This document shows positions 48,649 to 58,556 of a stretch of DNA of 64,000 nt, piece by piece. Below the pieces are notes generated by a model, which saw only the letters and a program-made list of their open reading frames with translations, had not been told where the DNA came from and ran no database searches. Origin of the DNA: an uncultured Gammaproteobacteria bacterium (GTDB taxonomy: Bacteria; Patescibacteriota; Microgenomatia; Levybacterales; GWA1-39-11). The stretch lies in NCBI GenBank assembly GCA_964511305.1, contig CAZEEU010000003.1, positions 13,410 through 77,409 of the forward strand, given 5' to 3'. Every line of letters begins with the position of its first letter. Position 1 is the stretch's first letter. Made by a program: the position numbers and the translations under genes.

Positions 48649-49271
48649 CGGACTGTTACACCAATAACTCTTCTCGTGTTTTTCCCGTTTCTATTTTTAG
48701 AATCAATTGTTATCTGTCTTTGTCCTTCAAAAAGATATAACGTCTTTTTGAATGTTCCGTCTAAGGCAACATAAGACTCTTCGTTATTTATAAGAACTGT
48801 GGCGTATGGGTCTGTCTTCCCTCTTACTTCAACAATGTTATTTCTTACTACTGCTCTATCTTGTGGGGATAGAACTTCAAGCCGAGGACCTAGGAAAAAT
48901 GAACTATATTGAACCCCAATATATCCAAATATCACCAAAATAACGAGCCCAATAATTATGTTTCGGGGAGTGAATACTACAATTCGCCTAACGCTTTTTT
49001 CTTGACTCTTAAAGGTAGGGAGCATTTTATTTTTGCTTCCCTCATACTCACGCCTAAAGAGAGCAGCAGCTTTGACCTTATCAATCCCTAGGTACGAAGC
49101 GTAATTTTTAACAAATCCTAGCGCGTAACTCTCCGACGGAAGCTTCTCATACTCTCCATTTTCAATTGCAACCAAAAAAAGTTTTTTTATCTTTGTTGAT
49201 CTTACAACTTGCTCGAGAGTGTAGCCTTTTTCAATACGAGTATCGGCAAGAATCTCAGAAATTTTTCTCAT
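48645..49271 (-). CDS. RodZ-like HTH-TM protein with Ig-like C-terminus
   Basis: R...G.TL..V...TKI....L.AIE.G.Y..LP...Y..GF.KNYA.YLG. Confidence 0.85.
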   Translation of the reverse strand: MRKISEILADTRIEKGYTLEQVVRSTKIKKLFLVAIENGEYEKLPSESYALGFVKNYASYLGIDKVKAAALFRREYEGSKNKMLPTFKSQEKSVRRIVVFTPRNIIIGLVILVIFGYIGVQYSSFFLGPRLEVLSPQDRAVVRNNIVEVRGKTDPYATVLINNEESYVALDGTFKKTLYLFEGQRQITIDSKNRNGKNTRRVIGVTVR

Positions 49272-49285
49272 AAAATTAGCGTACT

Positions 49286-51484
49286 TTATTGATTATTGAT
49301 GTCTTCCGTCGCGGGGCCACTGAGGAATTCGTCAGCATTTCTTACAAGTACGTCACGAGGCTTCGATCCATCAGCAGGACCTACAACACCAGCTTCTTCT
49401 AATTGCTCAAGGAGTCTGGCTGCACGATTAAATCCTACCTGCAAGCGTCTTTGAATAAGAGAAGCACTGGCCCTGTCGTGTTGTGAAATCATACGAACTG
49501 CTTGCTCAAAAAGATCATCACGACCCTCGTCTCCGCCCACTGTTGTAATTCCTCCACGACCTTTAATATTTACTGCTTGCTGAATAACTTCCTGGGTGTA
49601 TTCAACAGGAATTCCCTTTGACTTAATAAAGTTAGTCAAACGTTTTACGTCTTGGTCAGAAACAAAAGTACCCTGAATTCTAGTAGGTCTTGCTTGATCC
49701 GGTGGGACATACAGCATGTCTCCTTTTCCAAGTAGCTTTTCAGCCCCCGGGCCATCAATAATAACCTTTGAGTCAATTCCTGATGACACATTAAATGCTA
49801 TACGGCAAGGGATATTTGCCTTGATAAGACCTGTAATGACGTCAACAGATGGACGCTGCGTAGCAAGAACTAAGTGAATACCCGTAGCACGAGCCATCTG
49901 GGCTAGACGCGCAATACTATCTTCAACTTCAACAGGAGCAAGAGCCATAAGGTCAGCCAATTCGTCCATAACAATTATGATATATGGGATTGCCTGAAAA
50001 CCGGCAAGCTCGTTATAACTATCAAGATTTTTAACACCAGCTTCTGCGAATTTTGTATACCTCTTGTCCATCTCTTTAAGAGCCCATTTCAAAGCAGAAA
50101 CAGATTGATCTGCCTCAACAATCACCGGAGATAACAAGTGAGGAATATCATTATAACCGGTCAACTCAACTCTCTTAGGGTCGATCATAATAAATTTAAC
50201 TTCTGAAGGGGAAGCTCTAAAAAGAATTGATGAAATAAATGCATTTACCATAACGGATTTACCAGAACCGGTAGTACCAGCGATTAGTACGTGAGGCATT
50301 TTCGAAATATCTGCAACAACTGGGTCACCCGAAACATTAAGTCCAAGTGGCACAGCAAGCTTTGATTTTGTCTCCTGCATCTTTTTTGTCTCAAGCATTG
50401 CTCGAAGACCAACAAATTCAAGCGATGTATTCGGAATTTCAATACCCACCAAGCTTCTACCTGGAATTGGAGCTTCAATTCTGATTTGTCCTCCGGGTGC
50501 TTCTGTTGCAAGAGCAAGATCATTTGCAAGAGTGGTAATCTTTGAAAGCTTGGTACCTTCAGGAATACGAATAGCATATTGAGTAACAGAAGGTCCAACA
50601 TTAATTTCAGCAACTTGAGCTTTTATTCCAAAGCTTTGTAGGGTTCTTTCGATTGTCCCTGCAATTCTCTTAACATCTCCCGTGTCTCTCTTCTTTTCTT
50701 TGTTCTCAGTTAAGAGTGAGAAAGGCGGATATTCCCACATCCCCATCTCCAAAGGCTTATTAAGAATCATTTCTTCGGGAAGAACTCCTTTTTTAGGCAT
50801 TGGGGCAGATGTCATAGTAGGTGCTGCTGATTTTGCAGGAGCCGTTGCTTCAAGTTTTGCCTCGGAAATCTTAACGTCTGATGGACCATCATCTATTCCC
50901 TTTATCTTCATAGGAGTCATATCTGTTGCGAATTTATCCTTTGTCTTAAGAAGTGGTACTGCTGCTTTTCCAACTCCATTCCCTGCACCTTTAACGGACG
51001 AAAATACGTACATACCAATCTCTGTAAATGAAAGGTTCATACACACTACAAATCCAATAAATGCGCCTAATGCAAAAAGGAGCACGCTAAGAATTGGCCC
51101 GATGATACTACTAAGATAATAAAAAAGATCATGTCCGACCATTCCACTCTGGAAAAGACCTAATATAGAAATTGTAAAGACAATAAAACCAATTGAGATA
51201 TTCGGGCGGGAAAGGCTATTTTTCATTTGGAGTATAAATAGCGCCACAAGCACGCATACAATTGGGATCAAAAATGAGAAGAATCCAAAAAAGTTAACAA
51301 GAGAATCATTGAGCTGCATAAGAGCAGAGCCACTTCTGGTATAGGAGACTAGACATGCAATAGCTGCAAAAACGAGACTAACGGCGGATACTGTGTAAAT
51401 TGTCCCTTTCTTGAGTTTTAGGCCTCCCCCACTACTTCTTCTTTTATAAGAACCTCTTTTCTTTACCTTTTTCTTTTTGGCCAT
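49286..51484 (-). CDS. ftsK: DNA translocase FtsK/SpoIIIE
   Basis: N-terminal TMs, PHVLIAGTTGSGKS, DELADLM, ATQRPS, gamma domain. Confidence 0.98.
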   Translation of the reverse strand: MAKKKKVKKRGSYKRRSSGGGLKLKKGTIYTVSAVSLVFAAIACLVSYTRSGSALMQLNDSLVNFFGFFSFLIPIVCVLVALFILQMKNSLSRPNISIGFIVFTISILGLFQSGMVGHDLFYYLSSIIGPILSVLLFALGAFIGFVVCMNLSFTEIGMYVFSSVKGAGNGVGKAAVPLLKTKDKFATDMTPMKIKGIDDGPSDVKISEAKLEATAPAKSAAPTMTSAPMPKKGVLPEEMILNKPLEMGMWEYPPFSLLTENKEKKRDTGDVKRIAGTIERTLQSFGIKAQVAEINVGPSVTQYAIRIPEGTKLSKITTLANDLALATEAPGGQIRIEAPIPGRSLVGIEIPNTSLEFVGLRAMLETKKMQETKSKLAVPLGLNVSGDPVVADISKMPHVLIAGTTGSGKSVMVNAFISSILFRASPSEVKFIMIDPKRVELTGYNDIPHLLSPVIVEADQSVSALKWALKEMDKRYTKFAEAGVKNLDSYNELAGFQAIPYIIIVMDELADLMALAPVEVEDSIARLAQMARATGIHLVLATQRPSVDVITGLIKANIPCRIAFNVSSGIDSKVIIDGPGAEKLLGKGDMLYVPPDQARPTRIQGTFVSDQDVKRLTNFIKSKGIPVEYTQEVIQQAVNIKGRGGITTVGGDEGRDDLFEQAVRMISQHDRASASLIQRRLQVGFNRAARLLEQLEEAGVVGPADGSKPRDVLVRNADEFLSGPATEDINNQ

Positions 51485-51549
51485 AGTATGTCATTATAGC
51501 AATAATCAAATTCCAATTCACCAAAGCATTTTAGAACTGAATTTGAAAA

Positions 51550-53253
51550 TTAGATATTCCAGGCCTTCTCTTTATACTCTTGGATGCAACGATTTGTATT
51601 AAAAAACGAACCAAGTGTAATTGCGTGCTTCATGCGATGAATCCAATCTTTTTTGTTGTTGTAATAAAGAGGAATAATTTCATTCTGAAGTTTATTGTAC
51701 ATATCATCTATATCTTGCTTGTCATCATTTATAGGAGTAAGACTCGTATCATTTGGGCCGATTGAGAATCCAGATTCAGAATCAAGCTCGTATCCTTCAA
51801 TCCACCACCCATCAAGAATTGAAAAGTTAAGCACTCCATTCAAAGCTGCTTTCATGCCACTTGTACCCGATGCCTCAAGAGGTCGCCTTGGGGTATTTAA
51901 CCAGATATCCGACCCCCTAACCAACTGGCGAGCAAGTAGTGGGGAATAATTCTCTAAATAAACAACTTTTATACGACCTCTTAATTTTTTAGAAATATCT
52001 ATAATCTCCCTTACAAAATTTTTGGCCATCTCATCTCCGGGAGCTGCTTTGCCACACTGAATAATTTGCAATTTGCCATCACCAATACTAAGCAGTCTCT
52101 CAAGATCAGAATACAGCAAGAGTGGTCGCTTGTAAGGAACGAGACGTCTTGCAAGAGATATAGTCAGAATATCTATATCGAATTGTTCTGGCTCTGGTGG
52201 ATTCTCCCTTTCTTCCTCACTATTAACTGAGGTTAAATGATTATTAACATGATCCAAAAGCCTGCTTTTCTCAGACTGATGTGCGCGCCATAATTCATCA
52301 TCAGGAATCCTATCAACTGCTTCTTTAAATACGCCAGGATTATGTATCCATTCTGGTAGGAATTTATCGTATAAATTTGCAAGCTCCGTACCTATCCAAG
52401 TCCTGTGATGAACACCATTTGTGATTGCCTTTATATGGAACTGAGGGAACATTGCAGCCGTAACCTGTCCATGCTTCTGGCTAACACCAAAAGCAACATT
52501 ACTCATACTCATGCCAAGAATTGTTGTATGAAGTTCTTTTTCGCTTGCTATTTTTTTTATATGCCAAGGTAAATTGTCTCCTGCAATCTTATATGCGTAA
52601 TCGTAATCAAATTTGTCATGCCCTTCAGGAATTGGCGTATGCGTAGTAAAGACACACAATTTTTTTACAGCTTCGTCATCAAAACCTTTTTCAGAAAGCA
52701 ACCCAAGAGGCACAAAAGAAGCATGACCTTCATTCATATGAAATGTTTTGACGTCATGATATCCAAGACTTCTTAACATCTTAACGCCACCAATCCCCAG
52801 GAGCACTTCTTGATCTAGTCTCACTCCACCCCCATACAAATTTTGCGTAAGACTCTTTGCATATTCAGAATTATCTATAAAGTCAGTGTCTAGCAGATAA
52901 ACAGGTACAACAAACTCATCAATTCCTGTTATGTCATACCTCCAGCAGCCAACAATAACTTTTTGTCCTTGGATAGTAACTTCAACTCTATTTGGTAGCT
53001 TCGTGAGTTGATCATTCTTATGCCAAACTAACGACTCGTAATCCTGAGAGCCTTCGGTGGTTATAATCTGCCGGTATGTGCTGTCGTTGTAGACCAAAGA
53101 CATTCCAACCACAGGAACCTTCATGTCTGCACAGGAGCGCATGAGATCTCCAGCCAATACCCCAAGTCCGCCAGCATAGGTTGGAATATCTGACTCCAAC
53201 ATAAATTCCATTGAGAAATAAGCGCAGTCTAGGGTGGGGCGTTTTGTATCCAT
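51550..53253 (-). CDS. glgP: Alpha-glucan phosphorylase
   Basis: YFSMEF, GGLGVLAGD, HMNEGH, TNGVH, EASGTSGMK (PLP lysine). Confidence 0.95.
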   Translation of the reverse strand: MDTKRPTLDCAYFSMEFMLESDIPTYAGGLGVLAGDLMRSCADMKVPVVGMSLVYNDSTYRQIITTEGSQDYESLVWHKNDQLTKLPNRVEVTIQGQKVIVGCWRYDITGIDEFVVPVYLLDTDFIDNSEYAKSLTQNLYGGGVRLDQEVLLGIGGVKMLRSLGYHDVKTFHMNEGHASFVPLGLLSEKGFDDEAVKKLCVFTTHTPIPEGHDKFDYDYAYKIAGDNLPWHIKKIASEKELHTTILGMSMSNVAFGVSQKHGQVTAAMFPQFHIKAITNGVHHRTWIGTELANLYDKFLPEWIHNPGVFKEAVDRIPDDELWRAHQSEKSRLLDHVNNHLTSVNSEEERENPPEPEQFDIDILTISLARRLVPYKRPLLLYSDLERLLSIGDGKLQIIQCGKAAPGDEMAKNFVREIIDISKKLRGRIKVVYLENYSPLLARQLVRGSDIWLNTPRRPLEASGTSGMKAALNGVLNFSILDGWWIEGYELDSESGFSIGPNDTSLTPINDDKQDIDDMYNKLQNEIIPLYYNNKKDWIHRMKHAITLGSFFNTNRCIQEYKEKAWNI

Positions 53254-53341
53254 GGGCAGCTTGCCTCGGCTCACTATCTTTGTTTGATGTGGGGCGGGTG
53301 ACTTTATTGTATATTATTTAAGAAACACCTTACAGGGGGGA

Positions 53342-53521
53342 TTATTTAACGCCGTATACGTAAAGGTCGTCTAAATTTTGGGTTTCAGTTTCAACTCGGG
53401 CATACGGAAGTGATTCACTATTAATCGGCCCGTAATCACCATTTTTCGTTTTTTTAACGAATTCAATAATATTTGCTTTCTCAATGGTTATTTGAGTCTT
53501 TTCGTTTTTTGATTTTTTCAT
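53342..53521 (-). CDS. Small protein (59 aa) missing from the ORF track
   Basis: MKKSKNEKTQITIEKANIIEFVKKTKNGDYGPINSESLPYARVETETQNLDDLYVYGVK*; ATG 13 nt after the protease stop. Confidence 0.6.
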   Translation of the reverse strand: MKKSKNEKTQITIEKANIIEFVKKTKNGDYGPINSESLPYARVETETQNLDDLYVYGVK

Positions 53522-53534
53522 ATCTTTATATTAA

Positions 53535-54710
53535 CTAATCAATAATTTTTTTACCACTCTGGCTTTCTATATCATCTCTTATTTTTTCAAGCCTCAACTC
53601 CGCCCCACATTTTTTGCATTTGTATAAATTATCTTTAGGAAATTGCTCCAAGCCTTGCCTATTAAAATCCTCATCTATTTTTTTGTTTTGTATAAACTTG
53701 GCATAAAAATTATAAGCGGAGCCACACTTTTTGCAGGTTACGTTAGCCGTTACCACTTCTGTCTCTTTTGTGATATTTTGAGGACCAGGGTTCGAGATCC
53801 CAAAAAAGTGGAAAAGCTTATCATTTTCGGTAGCAAATATTTTATATATATTAGTAGTACTATATAAAAGTTTGATTATGGTTTGAATTCTGTAAACAAT
53901 ATCTGCAAACTTAGGATCATCGTCTATTTTGTTAACTCGCAAACCTAGTGTTTCTAAATCATGAATTTTAAGTGATCTACCATGACTGCGCCATTTTTTA
54001 TGATTAATCAAATTCTCTACTATCTCTTTCGCGCGCTTAGTCTTCATAACTGACGTGACAGAAGTACTTTTAGTTTCTGTTTTTTCCCAATTTTCGAACT
54101 TATATTTCGGCAACCACTCCTGAACCAAATCAACCGCAAAGTTCAAAGCATTATCCACACCATTTAATTCTCCTGGGCTGATTTGGGCAACCATAGTAGC
54201 ATCGAAAGGATTCAGTTTTTGATTCTTATCGGCTTCATCTCTTTTCTCTTTAACCCATTGCATGTAATCATACGCAGATACTACACTCCTCCCTATTTTC
54301 ATCTGAGCGTCGATTGGCCCGAGGCTACCTTGTTCGGTCATGAATATTTCGTGACCTGCCAAGGTCATAATCGTACCGGCACTTTTAGCTTCTCCAGATA
54401 TTACAAAGTTAACCGCATCAAATTTATCATGTAACAATTCTACAATTTCCTCTGCTGCCTCACCGCTTCCTCCAGGAGTCTCTAAATAAATATCGATAGA
54501 CTTCCCCTTTGCACCCCTAAGAAAATCTGCAATTATATGATAATCCTGCATTGATAATGAAGTATTGGGAACTGGCTTTTCCCAATCGGCAGAAAAGACC
54601 AACAAGAACGTTTTCCTATAGGCATTATATTGTTGTATGAGCCTCAATAATTCTGCTTCTTTCTCTTCGGTAGTTAGATTTTTCTCTATATATTCTGTTA
54701 AAAGTCCCAT
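53535..54710 (-). CDS. SDH_sah / ClpP-crotonase-fold serine protease with C-terminal zinc-ribbon-like domain
   Basis: LETPGG..EAAE, AKSAGT (Ser), LGPIDAQ (Asp), SHGR (His), two CKKC motifs. Confidence 0.85.
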   Translation of the reverse strand: MGLLTEYIEKNLTTEEKEAELLRLIQQYNAYRKTFLLVFSADWEKPVPNTSLSMQDYHIIADFLRGAKGKSIDIYLETPGGSGEAAEEIVELLHDKFDAVNFVISGEAKSAGTIMTLAGHEIFMTEQGSLGPIDAQMKIGRSVVSAYDYMQWVKEKRDEADKNQKLNPFDATMVAQISPGELNGVDNALNFAVDLVQEWLPKYKFENWEKTETKSTSVTSVMKTKRAKEIVENLINHKKWRSHGRSLKIHDLETLGLRVNKIDDDPKFADIVYRIQTIIKLLYSTTNIYKIFATENDKLFHFFGISNPGPQNITKETEVVTANVTCKKCGSAYNFYAKFIQNKKIDEDFNRQGLEQFPKDNLYKCKKCGAELRLEKIRDDIESQSGKKIID

Positions 54711-54765
54711 ATTTAAATCAAGTCTCTGCTTGCATGTTTATACTCAAGCATCGCAAGTGGAAATA

Positions 54766-54793
54766 ATTATAGTCAATTGAGGCTAAGTGTCAA
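54766..54793 (-). promoter_or_regulatory. Consensus sigma70 promoter of the protease cassette
   Basis: TTGACA-16 nt-TATAAT. Confidence 0.7.
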
Positions 54794-54821
54794 GGAATCA
54801 GTTTTTTCTGGAAAATAAACC

Positions 54822-55682
54822 TTATTTGTTAAATTTAATCGTGGTTTCGGGGAGTTGAATTTCGGGTATTTCTACTCGTAGTCTTTCGATGTCTTCTTTG
54901 TCCATCTTAAAATCAAAGGACTTTAGATTTTCCATCAAGTGACTTTGATTGCTCATCTTTGAAATAACCACTATATCTTGGGAAATAAGCCAATTGATCA
55001 CAATTTGAGGTCTACTCTTGCCATATTTTTTGCACATCTCAGAAATTACTGGAATTTCTTTTTCTATAAGCGCCCCTCTTTCGATTGGTCTATATGCCAT
55101 TACCATAATGTCATTTTCGCGGCAGTAGTCGACTGCATCCTGGAGATTTTGGTAAGCCAAATTGTAATGAAGTTGATTAACAACGATTTTATTTTTTGTC
55201 ACGGACTGAGCTTCTTTTAACTCTTCAACCGTAAAATTACTCACTCCAATTTCCCGAATAAGACCCTTTTCTTTCAATTCGTCTAAAGCCCTAAATGTTT
55301 CCTTTATTGGAAATTGTGGGTTAGGAGCATGGACCAAATAAAGATCTAAATAATCAGTTCTTAGTCTTTCAAGAGACTTATGACATGCACTTATTACTTC
55401 TTCATACGAAAGGTTACCCTTAAAAACTTTACTAACTATGAATAATTTATCTCTATCAAATCCCTTTATAGCAGCACCAACCAATTCCTCAGCGTGCCCA
55501 GCTCCATACAGTTCTGCAGTATCAATAAGTGTTACTCCTAGTTCTAGGGCTATGCGAATACCTTTTCTATCTTGCTCGTCATTTTTAGTATCAACAGTAA
55601 GCATTCCTCCCACCTTCCACGTTCCGATTCCAAAAACAGGCATAGTAAAGCCACTTTTAAGACTTTTTGCGGGTATTTGCAT
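54822..55682 (-). CDS. Aldo/keto reductase
   Basis: GIGTW, IDTAELYG, SL.RL.TDYLDLY..H, IGVSNF; start moved to ATG 55682. Confidence 0.95.
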   Translation of the reverse strand: MQIPAKSLKSGFTMPVFGIGTWKVGGMLTVDTKNDEQDRKGIRIALELGVTLIDTAELYGAGHAEELVGAAIKGFDRDKLFIVSKVFKGNLSYEEVISACHKSLERLRTDYLDLYLVHAPNPQFPIKETFRALDELKEKGLIREIGVSNFTVEELKEAQSVTKNKIVVNQLHYNLAYQNLQDAVDYCRENDIMVMAYRPIERGALIEKEIPVISEMCKKYGKSRPQIVINWLISQDIVVISKMSNQSHLMENLKSFDFKMDKEDIERLRVEIPEIQLPETTIKFNK

Positions 55683-55698
55683 TACAGGTAGTATAACA

Positions 55699-57390
55699 CT
55701 ACACTTCGATAACAATGGGGATGACAAGAGGCTCTCTTTTCATTCTATAAAGCAGATTCTCGCTCGTTCTTTGGATTATCTTTCTATATACTCCCATATT
55801 ATTACTTTTTGGAGATTTTTGACTGAGCTCAAGAAGCAGTTCTTCATTGAGCTGCTTTACAAATCCATCTTTTTCAGGGAATACAAATCCTCGAGCTATA
55901 ATATCGGGCTTTGACACAACTTTTCCAGTCTCTCCCTCAATTTCAACAACCACTATCATAATTCCCTCCTCAGATATTTTCTGGCGATCCACAAGAATAA
56001 ATTTCTCCATTTCCTCACCGGTTATTTGATCGACATATACAGTGGCCAATGGAATTTTTGCACCATAGCGAAAAGCTGTTTTTGTAAAAATGACTTCCTG
56101 CCCATACTCTGGAAGTACAACGTCTTGGTCACGCATTCCAAGATCCTTCATAAGCCCTCTAAATGCGACCATGTGTCTATAATTTCCTCCGATCGGAAAA
56201 GCAAATCTAGGATAGGTAAGAGTTGCAAGAAGCTTTATGTCATTTTGAGAACCGTGTCCTGATACGTGAAATTCATCTGACATATCTGAATGGATAACAC
56301 GTGCTCCTTTTTTAGCAATAGTGTCAATTAACTTATAAATATTTACTTCATTTCCCGGGATTGGATCTGCCGAGAAAATAACAGTATCGTTTTTATCTAT
56401 TCGCAACGCTTTATCATTGTCATTAGCAACTCTAACGAGTGCTGATTCTTCTTGAGCTTGGCTTCCAGGAATCAAGATCATAACCTTTGAAGGGTCCATA
56501 GACATCACCTGCTGGGGTTTTACTTCCATATTTGCTGGAAGCTTTACGTATCCAAGTTGTCGACCGATATCTCGAGCTTTTATAAAAGATCTTCCCATAA
56601 AACATACTTTTCTATTAAATTTAAGTGCTCCTTCAATTGCCTGATTCATTCGTGAAATATTTGAAGAGTAAGTACTTACAAATACTCTACCTTTTGTGCG
56701 TCTAAACTCAGCTTCAAAACTATCAGAAATCTTTCTTTCAGACTTTGAATGACCTTCGCGCTCAGCACCGAGACAATCAGAAAGCATACAAAGAACTCCT
56801 TCAGTCCCGGTTGCTGCAATTCCATGGACATCTGAAGGCTTGCCATCAGGAGGGGTTAGATCAAATTTATAGTCACTTCCATGATAAAAATTACCAACTG
56901 GAGTTTTTATAAATATATTAGAGGTATCCATGACGCTATGAGTTATATGAAGGAATCTGACCATAAAAGACCCCAATTTAAAGTCTTTCTTAAATTTAAC
57001 CTCAACAACTCTCTGACTAAGGCCGAAATCCTTTAATTTCTCGTTAGTAAAAGCAGTGGTAAGAGGCGTCGCATATATAGGAAAATCTGGCAATTGACCT
57101 ATTACAAAAGGTACGCCGCCAATGTGATCCTCATGTCCGTGGGTTAGAAGAAGTCCAACTATTTTTTTACCCTGAGTAAGTAATTTTTTAAGATGGGTGA
57201 TATCTGGGATCAAAAAGTCTACTCCTGGAGTGCTGGCATCGGGAAATCCCATCCCACAATCAACAATAAGAATATCGTTCCCATAAATATATAGGTACAT
57301 ATTCTTAGTAACTGATCCTATTCCGCCAAGAGGGAGTATAGTCACAGAACTTTGGGGCATTGGTGGAGGAACTACATTGCTACGATCCAT
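55699..57390 (-). CDS. rnj: Ribonuclease J
   Basis: PLGG....KN, THGHEDHIG, HS, D.K.D, HVSGH. Confidence 0.95.
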   Translation of the reverse strand: MDRSNVVPPPMPQSSVTILPLGGIGSVTKNMYLYIYGNDILIVDCGMGFPDASTPGVDFLIPDITHLKKLLTQGKKIVGLLLTHGHEDHIGGVPFVIGQLPDFPIYATPLTTAFTNEKLKDFGLSQRVVEVKFKKDFKLGSFMVRFLHITHSVMDTSNIFIKTPVGNFYHGSDYKFDLTPPDGKPSDVHGIAATGTEGVLCMLSDCLGAEREGHSKSERKISDSFEAEFRRTKGRVFVSTYSSNISRMNQAIEGALKFNRKVCFMGRSFIKARDIGRQLGYVKLPANMEVKPQQVMSMDPSKVMILIPGSQAQEESALVRVANDNDKALRIDKNDTVIFSADPIPGNEVNIYKLIDTIAKKGARVIHSDMSDEFHVSGHGSQNDIKLLATLTYPRFAFPIGGNYRHMVAFRGLMKDLGMRDQDVVLPEYGQEVIFTKTAFRYGAKIPLATVYVDQITGEEMEKFILVDRQKISEEGIMIVVVEIEGETGKVVSKPDIIARGFVFPEKDGFVKQLNEELLLELSQKSPKSNNMGVYRKIIQRTSENLLYRMKREPLVIPIVIEV

Positions 57391-57429
57391 TAATATTTAA
57401 TTATACCCTAATAAAATCAAAACTTATAC

Positions 57430-58515
57430 TTACCAAGTGCTTACGAAGGTTTTGACGTTTGAGTTGTCTATTACAAATTTTTGTCCATGAGGAATTTTCC
57501 CAAGCATCATATAGTAGACGGTTTTTCTAACTATTCCCTGTATCAATCTTTGGAGTCCACGGATTCCGGGATCGTACCCAAGAGGTCTTACTAGTGCCTC
57601 CGGCCATACCTCATCTGCAATTTCAAATTCGGCAGCTGTTAGCCCTGAGTCCTTAAGGATCTTAGGAAGAACGTATGTTTTGCCAATAACTATTTTTTCA
57701 TCATCAGTATAGGAAGGCATCTGAATAATCTCAAGTCTGTCTACCACCGCTGTTGAAATATCTTTTGTATTGTTGCTCGTTGCTATAAATAATACTTGAG
57801 ATAGATCTACAGGAAAGTCTATAAAATGATCAGTAAATGCCTTATTCTGTAAAGGATCAAGTAATTCTACAAGCACGCCCATTATATCCGCACGCGCTTC
57901 CTCACTCACTCTATCTATTTCGTCAAGAAGTATAACTGGATTTGAAGTACCAGCTCTTCTTAATGCCTTTATAACAAAGCCAGGTTCACTATCAGAGTAA
58001 AGTCTCGATTTTCCTCTAAGTTGAGCGGCACTTCCCATTCCTCCAAAAGGAATTCTTTCTATCTTTCGACCCAAAGCCTCGGCAATAGAGTAAGCGATTG
58101 TGGTTTTACCAACACCAGCAAGTCCAACAAGGGAAAGAATCGGAGCCCGCGCTATTATATCTGATCCTGCTTGCCCGGAACGAGCCTTTGTCAAAATCAT
58201 GATCGCAAGAAACTCCAAAATCTGCTCTTTTACGACTTCTAGTCCATAATGATTGTGATCCAGTACTTGTTTTGCGTGATTGAGATCCAACACGTCTTGG
58301 GAAACTGATCCCCAAGGGAGAGCAGTAATCCAGGTGATATACCGAGAAATTGTGTCGTATTCCGTGTAAAAAGACGGCTGATCTTTTACTATTTTGAGCC
58401 TAGCAACCATAGCTCGAGCAGACATATCAAGGTCTTCAGGAAGCTTTGCTTTTGCTATGAGAGCATCAAGCTTTGCTATCTGAGTACCAGCATCAGGAGT
58501 TGGGGCAGTATCCAT
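57430..58515 (-). CDS. Lon-like AAA+ ATPase module lacking N-domain and protease domain
   Basis: LPW, LD..HYGL..VK..ILE, GLAGVGKTT, NPVILLDEID, F.DHF...VDLS.V.F. Confidence 0.85.
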   Translation of the reverse strand: MDTAPTPDAGTQIAKLDALIAKAKLPEDLDMSARAMVARLKIVKDQPSFYTEYDTISRYITWITALPWGSVSQDVLDLNHAKQVLDHNHYGLEVVKEQILEFLAIMILTKARSGQAGSDIIARAPILSLVGLAGVGKTTIAYSIAEALGRKIERIPFGGMGSAAQLRGKSRLYSDSEPGFVIKALRRAGTSNPVILLDEIDRVSEEARADIMGVLVELLDPLQNKAFTDHFIDFPVDLSQVLFIATSNNTKDISTAVVDRLEIIQMPSYTDDEKIVIGKTYVLPKILKDSGLTAAEFEIADEVWPEALVRPLGYDPGIRGLQRLIQGIVRKTVYYMMLGKIPHGQKFVIDNSNVKTFVSTW

Positions 58516-58556
58516 ACTTTTAGTATATCAAAATTAGGGTATAATAAGGCCACTGC

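Noticed and set aside
53297-53324. dif-like site (ggtgactttat-tgtata-ttatttaagaa)
   Set aside because: Only a partial match to dif arms, overlaps the likely glgP -10 box (TACAAT), and gene-strand bias does not switch here.
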